Assembly: GCA_963733035.1 (NCBI GenBank)
Contig: CAVTBU010000005.1
Location: forward strand, 2,912,001-2,976,000
DNA length: 64,000 bases
Source: Pirellulales bacterium
GTDB lineage: Bacteria; Planctomycetota; Planctomycetia; Pirellulales; PALSA-1355
Direction of reading: 5' to 3'
Shown here one piece after another: positions 27,302 through 38,829 of this stretch; position 1 is the first letter of the stretch, and every line of letters starts with the position of its first letter. Under the pieces are notes generated by a model. That model was not told where the DNA came from. It did not search any database and was given only the letters and a program-made list of their open reading frames with translations. The position numbers and the translations under genes are program-made.

Positions 27302-30300
27302 TCAAGGCAAACGGTGTCGAACGGTGTAGAAGGCTTCGGCCGGGAAGAACGTCTCGCCGCCGACCAGATTACTCAGGTGAAACTCGTACACAAACCCTTC
27401 GCGCAGTTCGTCCAGCTCGAGCTTCACGCCGCGGGCATCGTCGGCCACCTTGACGCCGCGCACCTTTTCGGCGCGGCGATCGACGTCTTCACCCCCGTAG
27501 GCGGGCGTTGAGATGCGGCGATAGGAGACGACCGAATAGTTTGATGGGTTGGCAGCCTCATCTGTGTTTACGGAGGAGGTGAATTCGATAATGAATCCCC
27601 TCCGGTCGACCCGAACTTCCGCTATCCCGGCGCAAACTCGTGCTTGCGGCGAAGCCGAACGAGTGAGCCGGTGTTCGAGCCGGCGCCCCAGCCGCTGTCA
27701 CGAATGCTACCTAGGTACAGGTCGCCGTCGGGGGCCACCTGGCAGACGAGCGGTCCCTCAAAGGTCGGCTCCTCGCCCATCGGCTCGCGCGAGAACGGAT
27801 ATACGGCGCCTTGATACTCGCCGGCAACGCGCTCGAGAGTCATGCGCACCAGACGTCGGGTGTCGTACTCGCAACCGATGGCGTGTCCCGCGAAGGGGCC
27901 GAAATACTCGGCAGCATTCGTCCGGTCCATATCTTCTGGGAGGACAAGAAAACACAGCCCGTTGACGCTGCGAGTCCAAGGATGCGGGATCTCGATCGCC
28001 GCTGTCTGAAAAGGCGGGTTGAAGCCCGGTTTGTATTCGAGGCGATTGATGAACCCGTAGCGGGCGCCGGGCACGAGGTGATTCAGCTCATTGAACGGGT
28101 TGTAATTGCCCTGGTTGTCCGTGGCGAAAAGTTCGCTGGTGGGCGAGAGAGCAATGCCTTGCGGAAAGCGGAGTCCGGCACAGATTTCTTCGATGGTGTA
28201 GCGTTGGGGATCGTCGTCGGATGGCTCGCGTGGCACGAGCTTGATTGCCCGGCCTCGCAGATTCGCGGCCGCTTCGCTGCGATGATCTTGTTGGCACGGG
28301 AGCGCGACGTAGTAGTTGCCCTCCGCGTCACGCGGCAAGCCGATGGCCCAGTCGTGATAATCGCGGGTGTGACCCCAGCCGGAGGCGATGCATTCAATGC
28401 GGTCGGCCGTGCCGTCATCATCGGTGTCCGTGAGCCGCAGTAGGCCGAACTTGTTGATCACGTCGATGGCATCGCCGTTGGCCGCTACCCCGTACGGCGC
28501 GGCCAGATCGTCGCTGAATGGCAGCAGCTGGTCCTCGATTTCGTCGCCATCGGTATCGTGTGCGAGCCACACGCGACCTTCGAGCGAGCTGACGACCAGC
28601 GTTCCATCGGGTCGCCAGCACAAGCCGGTGGGCATCACCTCGTCTGTTACCGGCAATTGCACCGCGTCGAAGCCCGGCACGACCGCCAGTTCCATGCGCT
28701 CGAGCGTGCGGTCGACCTGGGGCAGCGGTGGAAACCGATCTGGCGTGGCCTCGGAGCGATATTCGAGCGTACAGGTCGCAGGTTGACCGCCCTGGGCGGC
28801 AAATTCGATCGCGGCGCCAAGCGGCGATTGTTCGAATCGTAGGTCGGGTTCGCCAACAGCGGAAAGGGAAACCTGCACGCTGCCGCGAGGACCGTTCAAA
28901 ACAGCCGCACGGCCATCGGCTGCGATGGAAACCTCGCCCGGCAAGGCGAGCAAGCGCCAACGAGCATCGCTGGGGGCGTTGGCGAGAGTTAGTTTACGGC
29001 GGAAACCGGTGGGCTGATCGGCTTGGTTGGCGAGCGGGTCGAACTCTTGTGTCACGTGAATGGCGGTGGGCTTGTCCGCCAAGGAAAAGTGGAGCCGTTG
29101 TGTAAACCTTAGCGCCGTCCCTGTATGCTCGACTGTGTCGAACTCCGTCACGAATTGGCCGATCCGGTCAGGCAGAATCGTCTGCTTGCCGTGTAAGAGG
29201 GAGAGATCGCTGGTCGCGTTTTCCGAGGCCCTTACCGACAAAAGCTGCGGCATGCCGGCTTCCCAATACCAGCTCTTGCCGCGAGTCTGCTGGCGGGCCG
29301 TGTCACCGATCCACCATGCTGCCATGCGCGAGGTGGCCAGGTCGATGAGCACGTTGTGCCGGTTTGCCATTCCGATGACCAGCGGCTTAATGAATAGTTG
29401 GTCGCCGATTTCAATTACCTCGGTCAAGACGGCCGCCGGTTCGGCAACTTCCGGCAAGTTTGCCCGCCGCACGACCCGCAGCGCGTTGGGGCTGGGGGGA
29501 GTGAAATCTGGGCGATTGAGAACGCGCCAAACGGCCGCCAGTTGTTCGTCGAGCCTGGCGTCGAGCACGCCGCGCACCGGCTGTTGCACGGAGGGCATCT
29601 CCATCTGCGGCACAATCCGTGCCGGGTTGCGAACCCACCGATCAAACCACTCGCGTCGCACGCGCTGGCCGATATTCGACAGCGCGCTGCCGTGTGCGTT
29701 CAAGGCGACTTTTTGGGGCTCCCATTTGCCGATGGCGTGACAGCTTGTGCAACCGAAACCATCGGCGGTGACGAGCCGCGGTCCGGCGGCGTCAAGTGCG
29801 GACGTCGAAAGTGAGGCGTCTTGGTCCAGCAGGTTCGCGTCGGGACTTGGTGGGATTCGGTCGGCGGCGATGAAGTGATCGACGATCGTGGTGGTTTCTT
29901 CGGGGCTCAGATCAAACTTCGGCATGCGAATTCGGAGCCACGGCCGCCGCGGACGATCGGGGGCGTCGAGCGACGCAACGAGCGCCCTATCCTGAAGCTT
30001 GTCGCCGATGCCGTGCAATGCCGGCGGTTGAAGTGCTGGAAGCACGTCGGCCAGGGACGCATCGGCGTCGGCCACCGCGGGCAGCCGACCGGCAATTCCG
30101 GGCGTCCAACCCCGGGCGTGACATGCCAGACAATTTCGCTCGGCGAGTAAATCGTGACCACTACGATTGGCCGGCGCGCCTTTGTCAGCGGCCACCTCCT
30201 TCAGGAACGTGCGAATCGCGCGGCGATAGTCCTCGCTCAGCCTGTAACCTGGGCGTTTTCCATCAGCAGACGGATCAGCCAGGCAAGTGTCTTCATTGCG

Positions 30301-31674
30301 AGTGATCGAGGTCGGCGAGAGCGGCGTTTTGTGAATCGAGGTGTCGGAAGCGAGTAATCGGGGAAGTGCGTGACAACTTGCGCAGCCGGCCTGACGCACG
30401 AGTGACATGCCATCGACATCGGAGGGCGATGCGGCGATCTCTCGTGCCGCGGGTGGTTCCTCCAGGGTTTGGAGGTACAGGCTCAGGCTGGTCCGCTGAT
30501 CAGCCGTGAGTGGGAAGACCGGCATCCGATGATCACGGTTGAATCGCGCAGGTTCGTTCAGCCAACGTGCGAAGAACTCGGCCGGGCGCTTTCCGCCCAC
30601 GTGCGATAAATCGCCGCCGCCGAAAAGTCCATCGGTGCCCAGGTTGCCGACACGATGGCAGGCGAGACAGCCGATGCTGCGAAACAAGGTAGCTCCCAGT
30701 TCGGCACTTGGCGGAGGAGGTTCGGGCTCGACACTTTTCTGCTTTTTATTTCGTGACGGCGGCGCGCTTGTGGCTGACTCGCGCAACGTTGAAGGTGGCA
30801 ACGGGTCAGACGCAGTTAAGAGCGTGTCGGCGATGGCTGCGGCTTGAACGGTGCTGAAAGCGAAATGCGGCATGCGACGAGGTGCTCGGTTGTTCTCCTG
30901 CGGCGCACTCAACCACCGAACCAGCCAGTCGCGCGATAAATTATCCGACAATGAAGTCAGCGCTGGCGCTGGCAATGCTTCGGCTTCGCCGGGCAGTTCG
31001 TGACAAGCGGCACACCGCAGGCCGCGCACCAAATGCGCGCCGCGTTCGAAGTTCGGCGAGGGAGTCTGATCGCGATCGTGCAGCAGCCAGCGACTGGCGA
31101 CCGGCTCGAAGCGAAACTGCGGACCTTCCCAAAAGAGCGCGATCCTCGCCGGTTCGGTGGTACGGCGGTACTGAACTTCGAGCCGGTGGAATCCAAATCC
31201 GAGTTCGATTGGCTCTGCCGCCAGCCAGTCCGGTTTGTCCGAGTGACTATCCAGAAGTCGCTGGCCATGGACCGAAAGTTGCACGTGCCCTGCCGCATAG
31301 ACGCGCAACTTGTAGATGCCGGGGGCCTGCGTCCACAACCGACCGGTAAGGGTGACGGAAAACGGACCGGGCGGCAGACGGCGGTCGGGGCTTAAGTTGT
31401 TCCAAACATGCGACAGTCCGTCGACCAGTTTCACGTGTTCGACGCCGTCCGGGCCGCGAAAGCGTGCGATCAGCCCCGGCGCAAACGGGTTCTCTTCCTC
31501 ATCGAGCGCTGCTTCGGCATCTTCGTCGAACCATTGTGCTCGCGCGGGGAGCGCGGTGACGTTGAACAGGAGCACCGCGGCCAGCAGCGTGACGCACCAC
31601 GACAACAAAGCCGGCTGCCTGCATCCAGACAACCGGCCAAGTGTTTGCACGCCAGTGCTCCATAGACGCGTCAT
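27302..31674 (-). CDS. Large secreted PA14, five-CxxCH cytochrome c and beta-propeller protein (frameshift near 27625)
   Basis: CAACH, CLACH, CASCH, CLACH, CTSCH; propeller motifs GLRFPQG, TDNQGNY. Restoring one G in CCGGG(G)ATA extends the frame (IAEVRVDRRGFIIEFT...FYTVRHRLP) to TGA at 27302. Confidence 0.82.
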
Positions 31675-32527
31675 CCAGGCAATCCCGCAACGAGGGCCGC
31701 GCTGGTAGCGGTAGGACACCAGTGACGCTCGACATGCGCAATGACCAGTGCCGTGCCTTGGTCGTGCGGCACAAACGGTTTCATGCGCGGGTTGTACATC
31801 GTGTCGGTCAGGTCGCGCACCAGCACGGAATTCAGTCCGAGCCGGCTCATTTGACGGATGCCGAACGAACGCCCGAGCACGCACATGTTGGTGTGCACAC
31901 CCATGTACAACACGTTCTTGATGCCTTGCTCGACGAAGTAGCTGTAGACCTGCTTGCCGTCGTCGGAGATGAAGTCGCCGTCGGCAATCTCAATGGCCGG
32001 GTGTTGCCGCGTCCAGGGACTTCCCTGTTTGCATTGCGGTTGGCAATCGCAGCCGCCGTCGGAATCGTCTATCGGCAGGTCGCCTTCGTGTCCTTTGTCG
32101 AGCGAGCACCAGCCGGCGATTGGCACCGGTGGTTTGACGAGCGAGATCGTCAGTGCCCGCTGGCGTGCTGGATGATCTTTGTAAAACTCGAGCGTGTCGG
32201 ACGGAGAGTGAACGATGTGAACGCCGGCATGGCGAGCATCGTTGACGACCGGCGCCATGCGTTTGGCAATCTCGCCGCAACGGCGCGTGGCGCTGCGCAC
32301 CAGTGCTTATTCCACATGTCACAAATTAAGATGGCCGTCTCGCGAGGCGGCAGATTGCGTGTCTCGGACTTGTCGCCCGAAGCATCCTTCCATCGCACGG
32401 GCAAACGCAACGAGGTGTTTGTGCCGACATCGGCGGCACGCAGCAATCCGGGCATCGCGCCACCGAGCATGCATCCGGCGGCCGAGCCCAGCAAGAACCG
32501 TCGCCGCGAAGTCTCCACGTTACGCAT
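31671..32527 (-). CDS. Tat-exported isochorismatase/cysteine hydrolase family protein (frameshift near 32297)
   Basis: SRRRFLLG signal; ICDMWNKHWC; MGVHTNMCVLGR; RDLTD. Confidence 0.85.
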
Positions 32528-32565
32528 TACCAGACCCTCCCTTTTTGGTTTTGGCGCTCGATCTT

Positions 32566-35500
32566 CTAGTTGGCCGGCGGTGCCGCCAGGTAGGCAAACA
32601 AATCAGCGATCTCCTCCTCGGTGAGCGTATTGAACAGTCCGTCCGGCATGGCGGATTTCTTGCTTGGCACGATCTGGTCGATATCGCCCTTGGCGACATT
32701 TGCCTTTTCACCGTTCGCCTGCAAGACGACGACCCCGTCGCCCGTTTCACCAACCAGCCCCGTGTAAACCTGTCCATCGTTGGTGAGGACGGTCTTGGCG
32801 GCAAACTGGTCGGAGATGACCAGCGAGGGGAATACGACCGACTCCAGAATCTCCTTCTTTTGGAATCGCTTGCTGACGTTTGTCAGGTCGGGACCGATGC
32901 CTTCGCCGCGGGTGCCATAGCGATGGCACTTGATGCATTGCGCCTTCTCGAACACGGCGGCACCGCGGTTCGCGTCGGCCTTCGCGGCAGACGGACTACC
33001 AAGCAGGTCGAGAACCGAAGCATAGACGTGCTGGCCCTCGGGTTCTTTCGGCAGCACGGCTTCGGGCTGATTCGGATAGGTTTCGGCGAACCACTTTTGC
33101 CAGGAGGCGAGTGCCGTTTGCCACGGCTCGCGAGGTTCGGCCACTTTGGCACCCGTCCAGCGAAGCAGTAGCTGCGACGCATCGCGACCACCCTGATCTC
33201 CAAGCTTGAGGCCCAGGAGGATCACTTGCCGCTGATCCTGCGGGTTGTCATTGCGTTTTGGATATTTTTGCAGGGCCCGAATCACGTCGTGCGCCGTTGA
33301 ACCTTCGACGACCGTGAGTGAGCGAACCAACAGGGGCCAATCCTCGTCGCGACGGGCCCTGTTCATGGAATACGTGGCCAGCGCCTCGGCCACGTGATGC
33401 CGGCGAGCTGGCGTGCTCTCGAATATCTCGTGCAAATAGGGCAGGGCCGACGCATCGCCATGACCCAGCGCGATGATCGTGGCCTTGGCCAGTTCCTGCG
33501 CTTCGGGCGAATGGTTGCCAGCCAGTCCTCGGTCGAGATCCAGTAGCGCCGCCGTCTGTTCGGCCGACAACTTACTCGTCAGGTGCTGAACAACGCCGAG
33601 CGCGCGGCCGGGTCTTGGGCTCCCTTGCGAATGCGGGCCATTTGCTCCTCGGGCGGCATGTTCTTGAGGACATCGTTGGCGCCGTTGGTCAGGTAGCCAC
33701 GGTAGCTGTTGCCACCTTCGAATGCACGGGCGAGAGCAAGAAAATCCAACAAGCCACTGCGCAGTTCCGGAGTCCAGCCGGCATTGAGGTGACGGGCCAG
33801 CATGGCTGCTTGAATCCGCTCCGCGATCGGCGCGTCACTTTTGAGGTGTGCCACCAGCCGCGGGGCGAGCGTTGGATCCTGCAGCATCACGAGCGTGCGG
33901 ACCAACTCGCGGTTCAGCCGGGCATCGCCCGCGGGAAAGCGTGCCGAGATGACGCTCCGCAGGGCCGTTTGCTCACCGGGTTTGAATCCACCCCGATGCA
34001 GCGCCAGCTCCACGACGCGCAGCAGATCGAGTACGTCATCGTCGCCCAGGTCCGTGCCCAGCCACTTGTGACAGCCGGTGAGAATGGCCGCGCACGTATC
34101 GCGGTCGGCGTCCAGCACTTCCAATGCCACGGCTCCCTGAATGAAGACACGCGGGTTGGTCGACGAGAGCACCAGCGATTGCCATTGATCTTTCGGCAGT
34201 TCCTCGAGTGCTCGTCGCGCTTCCCAGGCGACAAAGCGATTTGGTTCGGCCAGTCGTTCTAGTAGCTTTTCGACGGGGGCCGCGTGTTGCGCCCGCACCA
34301 GCGACGCACAGGCCAGCCGGCGGACGTTTGGATCGGGATCGTCAAGCAGAGCCACCAGCCGATCGTTCGAAGCCGGAGTGGCATGGACGCCCATCAGGTA
34401 GGTTGCCTTGGATCGCACCTCGGGGCTGTCGTCTTTCGACACGCCAATGAGCAGTTCGTCGGCCGGACCGGTGCCGTAAAGTTGCATCAGATCTAGCGCA
34501 CGCACGCGATCTCGTGGCGAGTTGTCTTTGTTGATCGCGACGGCAAACAGCGCGGGACCCCACTGGTCGCCGAGTTCTTTCTTCACGTGACGGGTTGCAC
34601 GGCGCGCCCAAGCGGCCGAAGGCTGCGGCTGATGGATGGCCTGAGCGATGCCTACCGCAGCAGGAGCGGCGGTTTTCTGGTTTTCAGGCTGCTCCTCGGT
34701 CACGACGCGCAGTATCGAGCCCTCTGTGTTTCGTCCACCGACGCAGATATAGAGCCAACCATCTGGGCCAACGTCGATGTCGGAACAATTCAACGGGCGA
34801 CCTTCGAGAAAGATTTCGCCTTCGGCTTGATAAGTTCCTCGATCAGGTTGCATCGTTACCGCCAGCACACGTCCCTGCGACCAGTCGCACATGAAGAAAG
34901 CATTTTGATATTTCTTGGGGAACCGCTCATGCTCGTAGAACACGACGCCGGTGGGTGAACCGCGGCCGATGTCGATTGTGGCCGGCAGGCTATCGACATA
35001 GTAGGCCGGCCACTTCGACCAACCGCTGCGCCAGCCGAACTCGGCCCCGGGAATCAGGTGATTGACGCGGGTCGGGCGATACCAGGGCAAGCCGACGTCC
35101 CATTCCATGTCGCTGTCGTAGGTGAACAGTTCGCCCGCGCGATTGAAGGCATGGTCGTAGGCGTTGCGGAAGCCGCCGACGAACAGTTCCAGAAAGCTGC
35201 CGTTGGTGTCGGTGCGAACGACCGAGCCGCCCGGCGCCTTGATGCCCGAGGCATGGCCGTTGGCGTCTTCGTATTTGGGGGTGATCAGTTCACCGTCGTA
35301 GAAATGATGATGCGGGCTGCTCTTTGCCAGTTCGCCTTCGACGAACGTGTGGTTACCGAGCATCAGGTAGACAAGGCCGTCTGGGCCGAGGATCGGCGAG
35401 TGCGGCCCGTGTTCTCCCATGCCCCCTTTGAACTTGATCAGCGATTCGACTTTGTCGACCTGGCCATCCTTGTTCGTGTCCGTCAGCCGATAGAAGCAGG

Positions 35501-35864
35501 TGTCGGACGGGCCCTCGCCGATCACGAAAACGTGCTCGCCGAGCGGCAGGATACCCTGGCAGTTGGAGACCTTGTCGCAGAACGTGCTGACGGTTTCAAA
35601 CTGCCCGTCGTGGTCCTTGTCTTGGATGAGCAACAGCGGCCCCCGTTCGCGCGAGGCGAGGATGTCGCCGTCTTCGTTGAAGACCATGGTTACCAGCGAA
35701 CCCGTCGAGCCGGGCTTTACGACTTCCTCGACTTTAAAGCCAGCGAGAGGGCTGAAGCGGCCGGGATCGGCCGGAGCATCTTCCGCAAATCCCGTTGCGG
35801 ACATCAGGCCAAAGATTGCGATGAGGGCCGCCGCCGGGTGGAGTCTGAGCCGCAACAAAGTCAT
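32566..35864 (-). CDS. PVC-type heme-binding protein (propeller, HEAT, cytochrome c); frameshift near 33603
   Basis: GEHGPH, GFRNAYD, DSDMEWD, GRGSPTG; C-terminal CIKCH...GPDLT...SAMPDGL. Confidence 0.85.
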
Positions 35865-36165
35865 GGATCGGGTGCCTCGCGGAAGGATGGAATGATTGCG
35901 CATCGGGTGGGGGAAAGACGCCGCGGAACCGGCAGAATATTCCGGTCGGGGCGAGTCTAGGTCCTCTAGTATAGACAACCCTCGGGCCTCATGCACCACA
36001 CCGCACCGGGGCCGTTTTTGTCAAACCGAACGTGCCGCGGTTGACTCCGAAAGGCCGGTCGCCGAAGCTAGTTGCGTTGCGGCGATTCGGGCGGGTCGCT
36101 ACCTTTCGCTTACGACCTTCCGGTACTCAGCCGGCTCAGACTGTGAGCTCACCCGTGGGACCGCC

Positions 36166-37549
36166 ATGAAGAAGCCCCGCATTCTGATCGTCGAGTCCGA
36201 CGCCGCCGCGAGTCGGCAGTGTCAGAAAGCCCTGGCCGCGCTCGGAGCACCGGAATTTGACACGGTGGCGCAGGCGGACGAGCGCTTGAACGGCTGCGCG
36301 GCAATTCTTTCGATCTGGTCGTTGTCAACGCCGACACGGAAGCGCCGGCCGATTTCGACCTGCTCCAGGCGATTCGGCAGCTCGACGCCGAGCTACCGCT
36401 GATCGTCACCACCACGCGGCCGTCGATCGATTCGGCTACCGAAAGCTTGCGATTGGGTGCCGGAGACTATTTGCCCCAACCCGTCGATGCGGCGGCCTTG
36501 GCCAGCGCGGCCAAACGCTTGCTTTCGGGACGTCGGTTGGGGGCCGAGTACGAGCTGTTGCGCCGCCAGGTTGAACGGCCCTATGGCTTCGACGATATGA
36601 TTGGCGGCTCGGCCGCCATGCGCAAGGTTTTCGAGACGATCGAACAGGTGGCCAACTCGGACGTCGACGTGCTGGTCGTGGGTGAAACGGGAACGGGCAA
36701 GGAGTTGGTCGCCCGCAGCATTCACCGTCGCAGTCGGCGGGCGAAGGGGCCATTCGTGCCGGTCGATTGTGGAGCGATTCCCGAGAACTTGTTGGAGAGC
36801 GAGTTCTACGGTCACGAGAAGGGAGCGTTTACCGGAGCCGAGAGCCGCAGAATCGGACTGCTCGAGTTTGCCGACCGCGGCACGTTCTTTCTGGATGAGC
36901 TTGGCGAGCTACCGATGCTGTTGCAGGCGAAATTGTTGCGGACGCTGCAAGAGCGGAAGATTCGCCGCGTGGGCGGGCGCGAGGAGATCGAGGTTGACGT
37001 GCGCGTGGTGGCCGCCACGGCGCGGAATCTCGACGAGATGATCCGTCAGGGGCAATTCCGGCAGGATCTTTACTACCGGATCAACGTGGTGCGGATCGAC
37101 CTGCCCCCGTTGCGCGAGCGAGGTGACGACATCGGACTGCTCGCAGAGTACATGGCCCAGCGCTATGGCCGGGAGATGGGCGCGAGGTCAAGAGTATTAC
37201 CCCCGAAGCGTATCAGGTCCTTTCGCAGTATCGCTGGCCGGGCAATGTCCGCGAACTGCAAAACGTGATTCGGCGGGCGATTGCACTGGCCAAGGGGCCG
37301 CTGATTACGCTCGAGGACTTGCCCGATGAAGTCGTGGATGTTGCCGGCGAGGGGCGTTCGACGGGCGATGTCGGCTACTTCCAGCTCCGTGATGAGCACC
37401 TGGCGCAGTTTGAACGCCAATACCTCCGAGAGTTGCTGGCCAGGCATCATGGCGACGTGCGGACGGCGGCTTTCGAGGCCAAGCTGCCGCGGGGAACGTT
37501 GTATCGGTTGATGAAAAAGCACGACTTGGACGGAGGGAGTTTTCGATGA
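36166..37549 (+). CDS. sigma54-dependent NtrC-family activator with atypical receiver; frameshifts near 36283 and 37181
   Basis: GETGTGKE, GAFTGA, FLDE, FRQDLYYR, WPGNVREL, Fis-type HTH; receiver fold at N-terminus. Confidence 0.88.
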
Positions 37550-37622
37550 GGCGATTGTCAGTCGTCCTTCACGGTTGGACTCGGTCCGCGTTTTTGGGAG
37601 CCGTTTGGAGTTGTGGGGAGCT

Positions 37623-37638
37623 GTCACATCTTTGTGAC
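37623..37638. promoter_or_regulatory. Inverted repeat GTCACA-N4-TGTGAC, candidate enhancer for the sigma54 promoter
   Basis: Perfect 6-bp dyad about 210 bp upstream of the -24/-12 element. Confidence 0.4.
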
Positions 37639-37848
37639 TCGCGTTTCATCGGCGCGAAACATCCAAATACTCCGGCAGACGGTCGCAAACAGAGGATTTT
37701 CGGGCAAAGCCTATCGGCAGCGCCTCGCAGGCGCGAATATAGCTTTTCCTCTTCCGATTGCACGGACCCACGCCGTTGAGTTTTCAAGGCCAGTCCCTGC
37801 TTCGCTTTACGTACGACAAGGAGATAATCGGCGCGACAAACGGAACTT

Positions 37849-37864
37849 CGGCACGGGCATTGCT
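37849..37864 (+). promoter_or_regulatory. sigma54 -24/-12 promoter CGGCACGGGCATTGCT
   Basis: GG-N10-GC matching TGGCACG-N4-TTGCW except the first base; about 110 nt upstream of the PII ATG. Confidence 0.8.
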
Positions 37865-37963
37865 TTTGAAGTGAGTCGCCAACGGAGGAAAGGGAGTCCG
37901 GCGGCGAAGGGAGCTTTTCAATCAACACACGCTTGAACAAATTGAGCGAAACATCTTTCGTGA

Positions 37964-38314
<351 letters not shown>

Positions 38315-38408
38315 GCGAGAGCGGCCTTGAGCCGCACCACCGCTTTGTGCAGGCGGCACAAGCGGCAGCGCCTGCGGTCGACGGATTGCATCGAGCGCGC
38401 CGCTCATC

Positions 38409-38447
38409 AAGAGAGCTCGGGGAAAGCATTCCCCGGGCTTCTCTTTT
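38409..38447 (+). terminator. Rho-independent terminator after PII
   Basis: GAGAGCTCGGGGAA-AGCA-TTCCCCGGGCTTCTC followed by TTTT. Confidence 0.7.
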
Positions 38448-38829
38448 GCTTAGCGAACGCAACCGCTGCTTGCGTAGGGATCGACCCAGAAGCCAAACGG
38501 ACGCAGGCACTCCCGCGCTCGAGGCCCTCGAAGCTCGGAGTACCGCGTCCGTCTGGTTTCCCCTTGGAGGCACCAAGCCGATTGGAGCCTCGCGAGCGAG
38601 AGTTCGGCTCGCAAAGTTTAGTTCGGCAGCGCGTGACGGATCTTGGCCTGAGCGATTGGATTTTTCAGGCACGAACCAAAGCGTCCGACCGACCGGAGGC
38701 CGTTGTCACCCGGCGCCGACCGCGAACAGCATCGGCCGCAACGGCGCGTGCAGTGCTTGGAACTGTTGTCCAAATGAGTCGGCACTTCCCGGCGAGTGGG
38801 GCGATTTTGCGGTACCGCAAACGGACGTT

